The position numbers and the translations under genes were made by a program. A stretch of DNA of 64,000 bases from Octopus vulgaris. Taxonomy: Eukaryota. Below are positions 24,679-37,112 of this stretch, piece by piece. The notes under the pieces were generated by a model. That model was not told the DNA's origin. It did not search any database and saw only the letters and a list, made by a program, of their open reading frames with translations. Numbering within the stretch: position 1 is the first letter of the stretch; each line of letters starts with the position of its first letter. The stretch is from positions 167,338,001-167,402,000 of the forward strand of contig OX597814.1 in the NCBI GenBank assembly GCA_951406725.2, given 5' to 3'.

Positions 24679-25979
24679 GACTATATATATATGTATATGT
24701 GTGAATGAAAATGTGTCCCCCATTCCTCTTTCTTTGTTCTCCACCCCATACACTCCTGCAAGTCCCCACTCACACACACACATACCTAGTTCCTCTGTCC
24801 CCTCTTACTTACGTCTTGCTTTAATGTGCCACATCAACACATCATTGCCATCATTTATCTCTCTGCAGTTCCTACTAATCATTCTCATTTTCTCTTCTAA
24901 ATGTAAGAAACCCTGAAGCTTCTCTACAAGAAGCTGGTCTCACCCACTAGCTTCTCTCATATATTAACCCCTTTAACTCCTAGTATATATACCCCACTGC
25001 TCATTGGGGTTCATAGCTTTGCAAGTTATGTGGTGACTTCACTATTGCTATTGGCACATAAAATAGAGCACCCGTATACATAGTCAAGTGGCAGGCATTC
25101 TATGGCTGGGTGACCTTCCTAATGGCTTACAGATGTTCCAACTGAAGGTCACCATCCCAATCTTAACATTTTCAAAGAGGCTGCAAAGGTTGCAAGTAAT
25201 TAGCTCTTTCTTCTGTGTAAATCATCACCAATTATTCTTTTTTTTTATTATTTATTTATTATGTAATTTATTTGTGTGAGTTGTGTCTATACAACCCACC
25301 CTAAAATATTTTGGTTTGTCTCTATCACTGTACCCTAATGAATATGCTTTTGTTGCCCTTGTGGCAAAGTAAAATAAAATCATTATTATCTATCACATGA
25401 TGTAATAATGATGGAATCATCTGAGAAGATTAAGTGTAAAAGCCTCTTAAATCTGCTCAGTCAGTTTCAACTGGTTGATGGATATTAACCTGACCATTTC
25501 ATTAAAATACACTGGATGTGGAACATTCATAATGTGTGGGCTAGATCTTACTTAGAGAAAACAATTTTTGTTAAATTAATAGATAGGGATAATGTAGGCA
25601 GCCTACTCTGTCTGCTTTTCAGATTAATAGTCAGCTTAATACTTTTAGATATTGCTATGGAATTTAGTTTTAGCAAACATGTCACAGCCATTTTTCAATG
25701 AGGCAAGCAGTCTAAGTCAGTAAGTACTGAGTTTGAGATCAACCTGACAAACAAGAACAAGAAATGGATAAGCATACAAGCATTTAGTCATTACTGAAGA
25801 CCAGAAGAAATGTACTATGAATAAAATTAAGTAAGAGTAATACAGCAGTCTACAATAATGTTGATTTTTAACATAGACACAAAGATGCAAATTTTTTTAA
25901 TGTGAGTATAGGTCAATCCTAGTATTTGACTCATCATTTCCACTATAGTCTGCTGCACTGCTTCCCTTATCAAAAGCTA

Positions 25980-26452
25980 CTGTAAATCCTCGAGTATAGT
26001 CTGCCCTTGAGTATAATACATAGGGGATTTTTAGGGGGCTGTACCTCTGAAAAACCTAAACCTTGAGTATAATACGCACCCCTTCTCTAACTTGAGTTTG
26101 TAAAACTGTATACGGTAATATCCTTTATTATTATTGTATATGTAACATAATGCAAACGTGTAGCTTTTTTGTGCATTTTGTTTGCAGAAAATAAAGAAAT
26201 AACAGTAATAACATTTAATAAATGCAAGTTATGGATGATTCTTTTATGACTTCATTGCTTTCAGGCTTAGCTTAAGGTATTTTCGCGCCCGACATCACAA
26301 AATGTATCTGAATAAACATTGCCGGACAACAATTAGACTCAGACATTGCTTTGAATATAATTTTCATTTTTAACATCGTATATAGTATACACTAGGGATT
26401 TTGACCTTTAAATTTTTGGAAAAAAATGCGGATTATACTTGAGGATTTATGG
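25980..26452. mobile_element. pogo/Tc1-type MITE
   Basis: TA|ctgtaaatcctcgagtatagtctgc...gcggattatacttgaggatttatgg|TA. Confidence 0.85.
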
Positions 26453-26564
26453 TAATTTAACCACAGTGAGATTTGAAGACAGAACATAAAGGATCATAAC
26501 TAAATAACACAAGGAATTTTGTCCAGTGCTCTAACAGTTCTGCCATCAAAAGGTTACAATAATA

Positions 26565-26795
26565 TCATTTCAAATTTTGGCTCAAGGCCAGCAATATTAG
26601 GAGGAGAGGTAGTTAATTACATTGACCCCAGTACTTGACTGATACTTTATTTTAATGACTGCCACCCCCAACCAAAAAAAAAAGGATGAAAGGCAAAGTT
26701 GACCACAGTGAGATTTGAGTTCAGCATGTAAAGAGCCAGAAAAATACTGTTAAGCATTTTGTCTGAAGTGCTGGCAATTTTGCCAGCTCTTTGCC
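26565..26795 (-). mobile_element. Family-A SINE
   Basis: ggatgaaaggcaaagttgaccacagtgagatttgagttcag...tgccagctc. Confidence 0.75.
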
Positions 26796-26798
26796 TCA

Positions 26799-26942
26799 TC
26801 AAGAATGCAGATGTCCCTAGGCTATTGCTCTATAGAAAATATACTGATGGTCACTGAATGAGATAGATTATAGGCTAAAACTGAAGCATAGTTTCAATGT
26901 CTTCTAACTTTATATTATATACCTGCTATTGCACCTCCCTCA
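26799..26942 (+). repeat. 144-bp direct duplicate of 28680-28823
   Basis: Only two mismatches seen by eye. Confidence 0.9.
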
Positions 26943-26975
26943 AAACTATCATCTCAAATACAAATTAAATATTAA

Positions 26976-27183
26976 CCCTTTCGTTACCAACCCAGCTGAA
27001 ACTGGCTCTGGCTCTGAGTACAAATGTCTTGTTTTCATAAGTTTTGAATTAAAATCTTAGTCACAGTTTATGTTCCTAATACTAGCTGAATGGTAACTAA
27101 GTTATTTTACTAAATTCTTTGTTATATTCAAAGTAATTGACAGAAACGCAGAGCGTCTCAAAATAAATACAGTAACAAAAAAG
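26976..27183. mobile_element. TTAA-flanked MITE (piggyBac/Kolobok-type target site)
   Basis: TTAA|ccctttcgttacc...agtaacaaaaaag|TTAA; homologous to 33404-33614. Confidence 0.8.
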
Positions 27184-27552
27184 TTAAAGAGTAAAGGAAT
27201 TAAACTGAAAATAAAGATGAAAACAGTCTAATCCCCGGATTTCCAGATATGTCCTATAGTTTTGATATCAATTAGAAGCTGCACAAAGTCCAAATATTAG
27301 GCACAAAAACAAAAAAAATAACAAACAATATTTAGATTCAATCTCACTTAGGCTGACACATGAAACATTTGCATACCTAACAAAATTAAAGGAGAGTTCT
27401 TGTGTCACTGGAGATGTTTGATAAATCTTTACAATTGATTAGTTTATAAATTTACTTTCACAGAAAACAAACCACTTTACATTGCTTAGAAGTGAAGATG
27501 ACAAAACCCCAAATCTACACTTTATATTTGAGGTAACAGAAAAATTATGTAA

Positions 27553-27972
27553 TACTCTTTTACTCTTTTACTTGTTTCAGTCATCTGACTGTGGCCAGGC
27601 TGGAGCACCACCTTTAGTCAAGCAAATCGACCTCAGGACTTATTCTTTGTAAGCCTAGTACTTATTCTATCGGTCTCTTTTGCTGAACCACTAAGTTATG
27701 GGGACATAAACACACCTGCATCGGTTGTCAAGCGATGTTGGGGGACAAACACAGACACACACACACACGCACACACACTTACACACACACTCACACATAT
27801 ACATATATACAACAGGCTTCTTTCAGTTTCCATCTACCAAATCCACTCACAAGGCTTTGGTCAGCCTGAGGCTATAGTAGAAGACACTTGCCCAAGGTGC
27901 CATGCAGTGGGACTGAACCTGAAACCATGTGGTTGGTAAGCAAGTTACTTATCACACAGCCACTCCTGTGCC
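27553..27972 (-). mobile_element. Full-length family-B SINE
   Basis: (tactcttt) tail through acacttgcccaagg to cacacagccactcctgtgcc. Confidence 0.9.
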
Positions 27973-28239
27973 TACAGATAAAGAAGTATAAAAATTATAT
28001 GTTATATACAAGGTATTACAAAAATATATAGCTGATAAAGGAACAAAAAAAACATTATACACTATAGACAAGGTAGGAGAAGAAATAAAGAAACAGCATT
28101 CAGTATGAAAAAGAACATAAACATAATAACAAAAACAAAAGAAATACGAAGAAAAATTAAATGCATTTCAATTGGAAAGATAAATAGAACATGAAAATAA
28201 AAATAAGTCTCAAAGCAATTAAAGAAAGGCATGACAAAC

Positions 28240-28368
28240 AGCAGAGCTATATTTACAATAATGCAGAGCTATAGTTACACCAGGAAGTTATATCTGTAAC
28301 ACACTGCAGAGCTATATCTGCAAGAACACAGAGCTATATCTGTGACACACAGCAGAGTTATATCTGTC
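28240..28368. repeat. Degenerate ~21-bp minisatellite (cagagctatatctg core, ~6 units)
   Basis: Directly visible. Confidence 0.8.
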
Positions 28369-28399
28369 CAAAATTCACATTTGTAAAGAAAAATCTCAT

Positions 28400-30580
28400 G
28401 TCAGGCACAGTTATATGTTTTGCTAATGACAAAAGCAACATGTTTTTCCTGAAGTCTTCAAAAGCGAAAGGTCACTGTTCTTTCTTCTTTCATGGCTTAA
28501 ACAGAGCAGAGAGGGCCATATTTATTACCCTTTTTAAGGATCTTCATCTCTGGTGGATAATAAAAGGTAGGTATCCTCAGGTATAAAAACCTGGCTTCAT
28601 TGCTGGCAACAGAGTGGACTCCAAAAAAATTCACCTGTGAACCAGTTGGTGATTTTTAACCAGGTGGCAAATTATGTCTTCAAGAATGCAGATGTCCCTA
28701 GGCTATTGCTCTATAGAAGATATACTGATGGTCACTGAATGAGATAGATTATAGGCTAAAACAGAAGCATAGTTTCAATGTCTTCTAACTTTATATTATA
28801 TACCTGCTATTGCACCTCCCTCAGAAATATATTTCTGTGCATTGCACAACTCACAAACACTTTTGCCTATTAAAATGCAGATAATCTTTCTGGCCTTTTT
28901 GTCAAAGGATCTCCATCAAATTTGTGAAATCCTACCTGGCTACTCCTCAACAAAAATGGTTTAGTAAGCAATACTTCTGTTGAGAAAGCTATCATATCTG
29001 TAGGCTGCTAGACATCTAACTGAATGCTGCATACACTAGGATAGGAAAAACTCCACCAAAATTCTTCATTCCATCAGGCCCACTTCCATGTGTACACATA
29101 CAAAATATTAAAGAATCTCTAGTTACTCCAAACCAATATGCCCACCAAGCCCAATAGTGTTGTTTCCATTACACTTTAGTGCTAACCATTATCTATTTAT
29201 AATATCGAAATCGATCAACATCAATGGAAATTGCAGCTGTGATATACCAGTGCCGGTGGTACGTAAGAGAACCATTTGAACGTGGCCATTGCCAGCGCCG
29301 CCCTGACTGGCCTCGTGCCGGTGGCACGTAAAATGCACCATCCGATCATGGCCGTTGCCTGCGCCGCCTGGCCCCCGTGCCGGTGACACGTAAAAAGCAC
29401 CATCTGATCATGGCCATTTGCCAGCCTCATCTGGCACGTAAAAAGCACCCACTACACTCACGGAGTGGTTGGCGTTAGGAAGGGCATCCAGCCGTAGAGA
29501 CATTGCCAGATCAGACTGGAACTGGTGCAGCCTACTGGCTTCCCAGACCCCAGTTGAACCGTCCAACCCATGCTAGCATGGAAAGCGGACGCTAAACGAT
29601 GATGATAATGATGATGATGAATATCTATCCCACTCTTTAGAAATGTTACAGTGTGTCCATTCCTTAGAAGGGCTATCTCTCTGACCCTGCCAATTACCAG
29701 TCTATTGCTCTAACCCCCAAAATCTCAAAGATAATGGGGACAGTCATTGACAGCTCCCTTCTGTATTACCCTGAGTTTATCTCCTTCAGAATTAACCTCA
29801 AGTATAGGTTCTATGAAGCTACATCTATTATAGAACTTCTCCCTTATATTACCCGCTTCAGTGAACCCTTACACTTGAGAAAACTATTGTTATCTCCATT
29901 CACCTCTAGCCTCTTGAACGCTTTCAATATATTTGCATCATCTCCTCTGTCAGTCCTGGTATGCTCTCAAATTTTGTTATATCACTCATACTTTTCCTCT
30001 TCCATGTACACTTTCTTGCTGTCCACTTCTCTACAGATGTTAATATCTGCAAATAGGCATCATCCTCCTATACCATGACATCTCATGATAAACTTACCTT
30101 GCCTTCATAAATAGTAGCTTCAAAGACATTCATCGACAGATACATGTCAACCTTGTCTTCAAAATCACAAAGATACAATCATTGTTTATTTGTACTTTAC
30201 TCTATTTTGTCTTGGACAACACAAACTTTAAAACTCTCAGCATCACTTCAAATATCAGGCTTCCCATTCTCAGAGTATTTTCTTAGCATTCCTACATGTA
30301 AACATAGCAAATATTTCATTCAAAAGACTAACCTTCTACTTCAAGGCTAGAAATGCTTTGGTTCTCAGCAGTTGATAATTCTAAGCAAAGGCTAAGCGAG
30401 ACCTACGACATAAAATTGATTCCACATCTGGGAGAGTACATCCTCTACTGGGACAGAACATCAACTACTCATGTAAACATTCCAGACCAGCAGTTCTTAG
30501 ACTCACTATTATTAGTTCCAATTCCACAAAAAAAGTATTAGAGAGATATTATTGTTCCCTCCCTCTTAATTAGTGAGACC
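28400..30580 (+). mobile_element. Decayed CR1/L2-type LINE ORF2, interrupted by a family-C element
   Basis: 'FWPFCQRIS', 'SIP*KGYLSDPANYQSIALTPKISKIMGTVID' (cf. PIPKKGD.SDP.NYRPIALTS.LSKVME); ends approximate. Confidence 0.65.
29205..29620 (+). mobile_element. Family-C SINE-like element
   Basis: aacatcaatggaaattg head, gtggcacgtaaaa units, (GAT)n tail. Confidence 0.85.
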
Positions 30581-30639
30581 CATATCCCACAGCAGAAGTA
30601 CCTGTGTGTGTGTGTGTGTCTGTGTGTGTGTGTGTGTAA

Positions 30640-30986
30640 AAGGTAAAGGGCAAGGTAAAAGGTCCCTTTGGCCATGAATGACCATGGGATTGCACCAAGA
30701 AAGTTACTCTCCAAGGCACAAGTCCTGGCAAGGTTGTTTATGGCATACCAGTAGTCACCCGTGCATACCAGTTTTCCCTCTCCATGCCACCGATGTTATC
30801 CAAAGGAAAGGCAAAGGTCAATACAACTTGGTACCAGTTATGTTGCAACTCATTTCTGCAGCTGAGTGAACTGGAGTAATAAGAAATAAAGTGTCTATCT
30901 TAAGGACAATGGCCCAGTCCAGTAATTGAACTCTCTACCTCATGATTATGAATCTAGTGCTCTAACCACTGAGCCATGCACCTTCA
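30640..30986 (-). mobile_element. Family-E SINE with (ACCTTT)n-type tail
   Basis: aaaggtaaagg tail; gcagctgagtgaactggag core; ctctaaccactgagccatgcacc head. Confidence 0.75.
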
Positions 30987-31291
30987 CATGTATGTATGGA
31001 TGTATGGTAATTTGGTCACACCCTTTTCAGTCTTCACAGACACCACACCCCACCATCAAGGGAGGGAACCTATCCTCACTACCCAAGAAAACCACTACAC
31101 TAGCTCGCATAAAAGGAACATCTTCAACAGAATAGTACAGAGTCACTCACCAATACACTTCCAGTTCTAACTCCCTTGTGGTCACACTCTCTTCACTTCT
31201 CTACCTATTCTTCTACTATCTCCATGTCCTCTGCTCTTCAGAGGGAAACTTACCCAATATATCCATTTTTCCTTCTTTTATGACCTATACT

Positions 31292-31540
31292 ATGTGTGTG
31301 TGTGTGTGTGTGTGTGTGTCTGTGAGAGAAAGAGAGAGAGAGTGTGTGTATATATCTGTGAGAGAAAGAGAGAGTGTGTATGTGTAAGAGAGAGAGAGAT
31401 AGAGAGTGTGTGTGTGTGTGAGAGAGAGAGCGTGTGTGTGTGAGAGAGAGTGTGTGTGTGTGTGAGAGAGAGAGTGTGTATGTGTGTGTGTGAGAGAGAG
31501 AGGAGGCGTGTGTGTGTGTGTGTGTATGAGTGTGCATGTG
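31292..31540. repeat. (GT)n/(GA)n compound microsatellite
   Basis: Directly visible. Confidence 0.95.
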
Positions 31541-31984
31541 TCAGAGACAATACTAACCATTTTGTCCAGTTGCCCTTGCCTTAAACATTTGTGTTTAGGA
31601 ATTTTTTCTTGTTATTCCTGCAGACTTTGATTTGCAGTCATTCAAAATGAATATCAACTGCAGAAATCTCATTAGTCTTGAAGGGTCTGCAAAGATCAAG
31701 TCCCAGCAGCTCCTTCTTTCTACCCCCCCCCCAAAAAAAAAAGAAGCAAAAAAATACAATATCTAATACTCTATCTTTGAGCTCTAGAATCATATCTTCT
31801 CTACATATTTAGAGGTGAAGAAAGAAGAGGAGGGGGAAAGGGAGGGAAGGAGGGAGGGAGAGAAGAAGAAGAAGAAGAAGACGACGATGATGATAATGAC
31901 GACGACGATGATGACGACGATGATGACGATGACGACGATGATGACGACGACGATAATGGTGATAATGGTGATGTTAAAACTAAT

Positions 31985-32260
31985 TTGTATAGGCAGGGAT
32001 ATTAAATTAATCATCCAGATATATCATTGTTAACGACCATCAGGAAAATATATCGCTCCTAATTAATATATTAATTCCAAAGGATGACATTATATCAGTG
32101 AAAGAAATAAAGAATCTATTAAAATTTAAAGACCAGGAAATAAAAATAATTATGTCAGGACTGAAACACAAAGAAATCTCATAATAGTAGGTGTTCTGGG
32201 AATGATTAAAAGGATTTGTAAATAAGTAAATATTACATTCATTCATTCATTCATAATACA
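31985..32260 (+). mobile_element. R4/Dong-like endonuclease-end fragment
   Basis: 'NHPDISL', 'LLINILIPKDDIISVKEIKNLLKFKDQEI', 'IIVGVLGMIK'. Confidence 0.55.
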
Positions 32261-32462
32261 AGAAATTTGATATGAAAAATCAGAGTCGAAATTGGTAGGA
32301 AATATTTATACTCACACATACACAACATACAGAATATAGAACCACTATGTACTGTACGCATATAGTGTACAAGACTCTGGAAAAAGCAGAAGTATGAAAT
32401 AAAGGTAATACTCTTGAAATGATGATAAATGAATTAATGAAGTCACACTGTATGGTTTTGTA

Positions 32463-32672
32463 TTAACCATTTAGCATTTAATCCACTCATATCTGGCCCA
32501 AATATTCTGCCTTTTTATGTTAAATCTGACCGGATTCAACCTCTCACACCTATCCTACAATGTCATTCTACAAATATACATACATATCATTGAAATCTTG
32601 AAATTACAAGATAATGCATGAGTAGTTCAAAACAATGTGAATTAATAAGCATCTTGGATACTTAAGAGTTAA
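32463..32672. mobile_element. TTAA-flanked MITE, second family
   Basis: ttaaccatttagcatt...ggatacttaagagttaa; related to 58290-58503. Confidence 0.65.
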
Positions 32673-32711
32673 TTTATTTCACTTACTTTCTGTAATAAAT
32701 TGGCTATTTAT

Positions 32712-33064
32712 TATATAAAATTCGTTCTGTCTGTCTGTGTGTGTGTCTTCTTGGATCTCGGGCATCCTCCATCTGATTGCGCTCAAATTTGATATGTAGA
32801 TACCAATGTTATTAGGGCGTGTATAAGTCTTGAAAAAATTACAAAAATCAATTCCAGGTGAGAATGCGATTGATAAAGCTGTGGGAACATGCATTTGAAT
32901 GCGCAAGTACATCAGCTGTTGCACGGTGTCTCAAATTTAGGTTAAATCAGTGTTTCTCAAAGGGGAGGCCTATGGGACAGTCGGATAAATTGTTTTGAGA
33001 AAATTTGGTTTAAATGTTTCACAACTCAGCACCATCCATTGGACGAGGGTGGGCGTTTTGCTTG
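32712..33064 (+). mobile_element. Non-autonomous Helitron-like element
   Basis: tatataaaa + (TCTG)/(TG) 5' region as at 9747; GC-rich 3' end ggacgagggtgggcgttttgCTTG|T. Confidence 0.5.
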
Positions 33065-33403
33065 TTAGCTATAAAGCTGATATTCCTGTAGTAGACATAT
33101 TAAATCAAGAAACTGATGAACTACTGATATTTAAGGTTGACACATCACCAACTTAGCCCTTTCTGATGAACGCTCATGAATATAAAAATCCCTAAACAAG
33201 TTTACTTTGCAAATCTAGTGTTGGTAGCATATGACTTCCATTTCTTATGGAGGGAAAGAATGTCATTGAAATCTTCCTTTTTAATGAAGATGCTCTTGAT
33301 AGGGCTAAAGGCTCCTCTCTACTCTGTATCAGTTCTTATTCAGAGTTATTGCACTCCTAAATGTTTTAGCCTATGATGTGGTTTCAAAGTTCACATTTCT
33401 TAA

Positions 33404-33614
33404 CCTTTTGATACCAACCCGGCTCTGGCTCTGTAGTACAAGTGTCTTGTCTTCATAAGTTTTGAAATAAAATCTTCCACTGAACCTTAGTCACAATTTA
33501 TGTTCTTAACACCAGCTTAATGATAACTAAGTTGTTTTACTAAATTCTTTGTTATATTTAAAATTAATTGAAAGAAACACAGAGCATCTCAAAATAAATA
33601 CGGTAACAAAAAGG
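33404..33614. mobile_element. TTAA-flanked MITE
   Basis: TTAA|ccttttgatacc...ggtaacaaaaagg|TTAA; homologous to 26976-27183. Confidence 0.8.
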
Positions 33615-33859
33615 TTAAGTACATTCAATTTTTAGATTAGATGCCCTTTCTGTCACTTATCTCTTTACAAAAAGGATTGGATATGTTATATAAAGCTATT
33701 GGCACTCAAAAGTAGTAGGATTAAAGAGTCCCATTTAACCTTTGTTAGGTCTTATTCCAAGTTACTGTTTTCTTAGGTGGGTTGCCAGTGATGCAGCTAG
33801 CAGAATCCATTGGCTAATCCTCTAGTCACCATTTATGTTTCTTTTCCTTGCTGTGATTG

Positions 33860-34325
33860 AGGAGACCTATTGAGTCAAGTACATCACCATCAACATCAAA
33901 AAAAATCAAAAGGAAATTGTAGTTGTAATACCTGTGCCGGTGGCACGTAAAATGCACCATCCAAACGTGGTCGATGCCAGTGCCACCTTGACTGGCTTCC
34001 ATGCCAGTGGCACGTAAAAAGCACCAACCAATCGTGGCTATTGCCAGCCTCCCCTAGCACCTATGTTGGTGGCACGTAAAAGGCACCATCTGTACGTGGT
34101 CGATGCCAGTGCCGCCTTGACTGGCTTCTATGCCGGTGGCACGTAAAAAGCACCCAGTACACTCACGGAGTGGTTGGCATTAGGAAGGGCATCCAGCTGT
34201 AGAAACACTACCAGATCAGACTGGAGCCTTGTGCAGCCTCCTGGCTTCCCAGACCCCGGTTGAACCGTCCAACCCATGCTAGCATGGAAAACAAACATTA
34301 AACGATGATGATGATGATGATGTTG
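33860..34325 (+). mobile_element. Family-C SINE-like element
   Basis: Four gtggcacgtaaaa units; ggaagggcatccagctgtagaaac tail; (GAT)n. Confidence 0.85.
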
Positions 34326-34426
34326 ATGACATATATATTTGCATGAAATTAGGGTATGGGCTTAAATACATGCTACAAGCATTCACATATACATACTTAT
34401 AAATATTTATATGCCTGCATACACAC

Positions 34427-34474
<48 letters not shown>

Positions 34475-34860
34475 TCTCAGAAGAACTGTTAAGCAATATT
34501 TTATATTTACACCAATAAACTTGAAAAAATATCTTAGAACAATTTCATAAAGCATGTTGATAAAAAGTAAATAGTTTTATGGAGAATCTTTATCCAATAT
34601 ATCAGCCTGAAGCTAAAACTCAGGTATCTTTTCCAAACATACCAAAAAAATATATAAATCAAATGCTCAAACCCTGCAGATATATTGAATGTCTTTCAAC
34701 ATGCATATTTTTTCTGGGAATTTACAGATTATATTTATTTATTTAATGCCACTATTTTTTGAAAAAAACATACTTTGCAACTTCTTGAGAAAATCAACCA
34801 TTTGACATAACTAAATGAAAGACATTTTTAGTCATCTTCGACATGCTGCTTTCTTTGGAT

Positions 34861-34902
<42 letters not shown>

Positions 34903-34994
34903 ACACCCATGCACATACGCATACACACACACACATACACACCACACACACACACCACACACACAACACACATACACACACATACTCAGTATCC

Positions 34995-35475
34995 TCATCC
35001 ACTGTGTCTGCTATTACCTTTGTTGGTAACAAAGAGCCACTCCTTCAGAGTGAATGATTGTATAATGCTTGTGTATGAACAGCAATACTGCATGGTAGTG
35101 AAACATGGGCCATGAATGCAGAAGACATGTGGAGACGTGAAAGAAATGAAGTCAGTATGCTCCACTGGATGTGTTCAGTGTACTTGCACAATGAAATATA
35201 AATGTGTTGAGAGAAAAACTGTGTATAACAAGTTTCAGACATGGTGTGCAAGAGAGAAGACTGTGTTGGTATGGCATTGCAAAGTATATGGATGAAGACA
35301 GCTGCATAAAGTGCTGATTACTAAATGTTGATGGAACCTAGGGAAGAGGAAGACCCAGGAAGATGTGGGATGAAGTGATGAAAAATGACATTCAGATGTT
35401 GAGCCTCACAGAGTAGATGACAAAAGACCAAGATGAGTGGTGATCTGCTGTGCTTGAGAAGACCTGTCCATCTGA
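34995..35475 (+). mobile_element. RTE LINE 3' fragment
   Basis: 'LYNACV*TAILHGSETWAMNAEDMWRRERNEVSMLHWMC', 'GRGRPRKMWDEVM'. Confidence 0.85.
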
Positions 35476-35505
35476 GTAAAAATATAACCCTAAAGGCACA
35501 TCATT

Positions 35506-35533
35506 TATAATAATAATAATAAAAATTATAATG

Positions 35534-35607
<74 letters not shown>

Positions 35608-36040
35608 AATGAAATTATTGTATACTGTGCTCAGGTGCACCACAACTTGTCAAAAGTGCGTATAAAGTATATGCAGTAATGTACAAATGTCTGAAAAGCA
35701 AACAGTGTATGGAGGGGAGAAAATCAGGGGTAGTGTTGGCGAATCTCAGGAAGCATGGAAGCATGGAAGCATGGAAGTTTTGAAGGATGCAGTGCTCCAA
35801 CAACTAACAACTGATGCTGGCAGTTTGTTCCATGCTTCAGCAACTCTTAGCGTGGAAAAATGTTTCCGAAAGTCATGGGAGCTGTGCTGTTTTCTGACTT
35901 TATAAATATGTCCACGGGTGTTAGACAGGTGGAGTTTGAAAAGGTGCTCAGAGTTATTATTTGTAAGATGGTTAATAATTTTATGGGTGTCTGCCAAGTC
36001 CGCTGCTAGATGTCAGACTTTCAATGTATCCATGCCCAGG
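35506..36040 (-). mobile_element. CR1/L2-type LINE 3' end with (TAT)n tail
   Basis: 'NTRGHIYKVRKQHSSHDFRKHFSTLRVAEAWNKLPASVVSCWSTASFK'; (AAT)n at 35506-35607. Confidence 0.85.
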
Positions 36041-37030
36041 GAAGTTATGGGGTTCAGAATATGTCTATGCTCCTACACACAATCTGTCCTTGACAAATCT
36101 CTCCCGCACAACTCATCTTCTTAACACCCTCTCTCTCTCTCCACCCACACATTGCATTCCCCTCCCTCTATCACCCACTCTGTTTTTGCACTTTTTTCAA
36201 ACTTACCACACACAATCTGGATCTGACGAGGCTCTCTCTCTCTCTCTTCCCGGCAACTCATGTTCTGAACCATCCTTCCTCCACCTGTATTCATTCACTG
36301 CATTTTGCTCCCCACTATCTCCCATCTACCATCTGGAAAAAGAAAGAGAGAGAAAATGGTGGAGAGGTATATAAGTGAAGAGATGAAGAGGATTAGATTT
36401 GGTAAGTGGGCAGAATCATTTAGATGGATTAATACTCAAAAGCCTAAAAGAGGTCAAAACTGGCTTCTCTTCCTTCTTCTCATTGACACCAAAAGACTTT
36501 TTCAACAATGGAATTTTTTTTAAAAATTATGTGTAGATAGAAGGAAGTCATCAATAATGGAGGAATTATATACAGGATTAAATTTTAATAAAATGTAAAA
36601 TTAGATCACTTTTTTCCCCACATCCAAAATTCAGACACTACTTATGGGATGACCTGATACATCAGTATGTTGAATTTTGGTTTGTAGTTTGCTTATTAAT
36701 AAGCTTTCTGTAGTTGTCCTCATTTTTTAATAACAAACAGCAATGCAGTCAAAATATAAAGAGGTTGAATTTAATTTACCCTGCTAGTCCCATGAGACCT
36801 TTAGTAATAAAAGTGTTATAAAAAGCTGTATTAGCATATTATCTATTCTTATTTTAGTTGTGCTCCATAAAGGACAATTACTTGTTTGAATTTGCTGCTG
36901 GAATGATTTCATTTAATTTTCATTGCTCTCAGGAAAAGCACTAAAACTTGCCATCCACTCTCTCATAAAAAATATCTCAGGTTTTGTTGCTGTTTGAGAA
37001 ATATACACAAATGAATATCATAGAGTACAG

Positions 37031-37112
37031 GTAAGCTCTTAGTATACTTTGTATACTTAGTATACTTGGTATACTAAGTATACTATGTATGCTTGGTAAG
37101 CTCTTAGTATAC
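37031..37112. repeat. 9-bp-period array of palindromic GTATAC units
   Basis: gtaagctcttagtatac at both ends with (gtatact..)n between. Confidence 0.8.

Noticed and set aside
36223-36270. CTGACGA hammerhead-like start
   Set aside because: No helix II and no GAAA follows.
36933-37030. Possible coding exon (ctctcag acceptor to CAG|GTAAGC donor)
   Set aside because: Stops in all three frames; a shorter 36981-37030 version is open in one frame but lacks a pyrimidine tract and recognisable homology.
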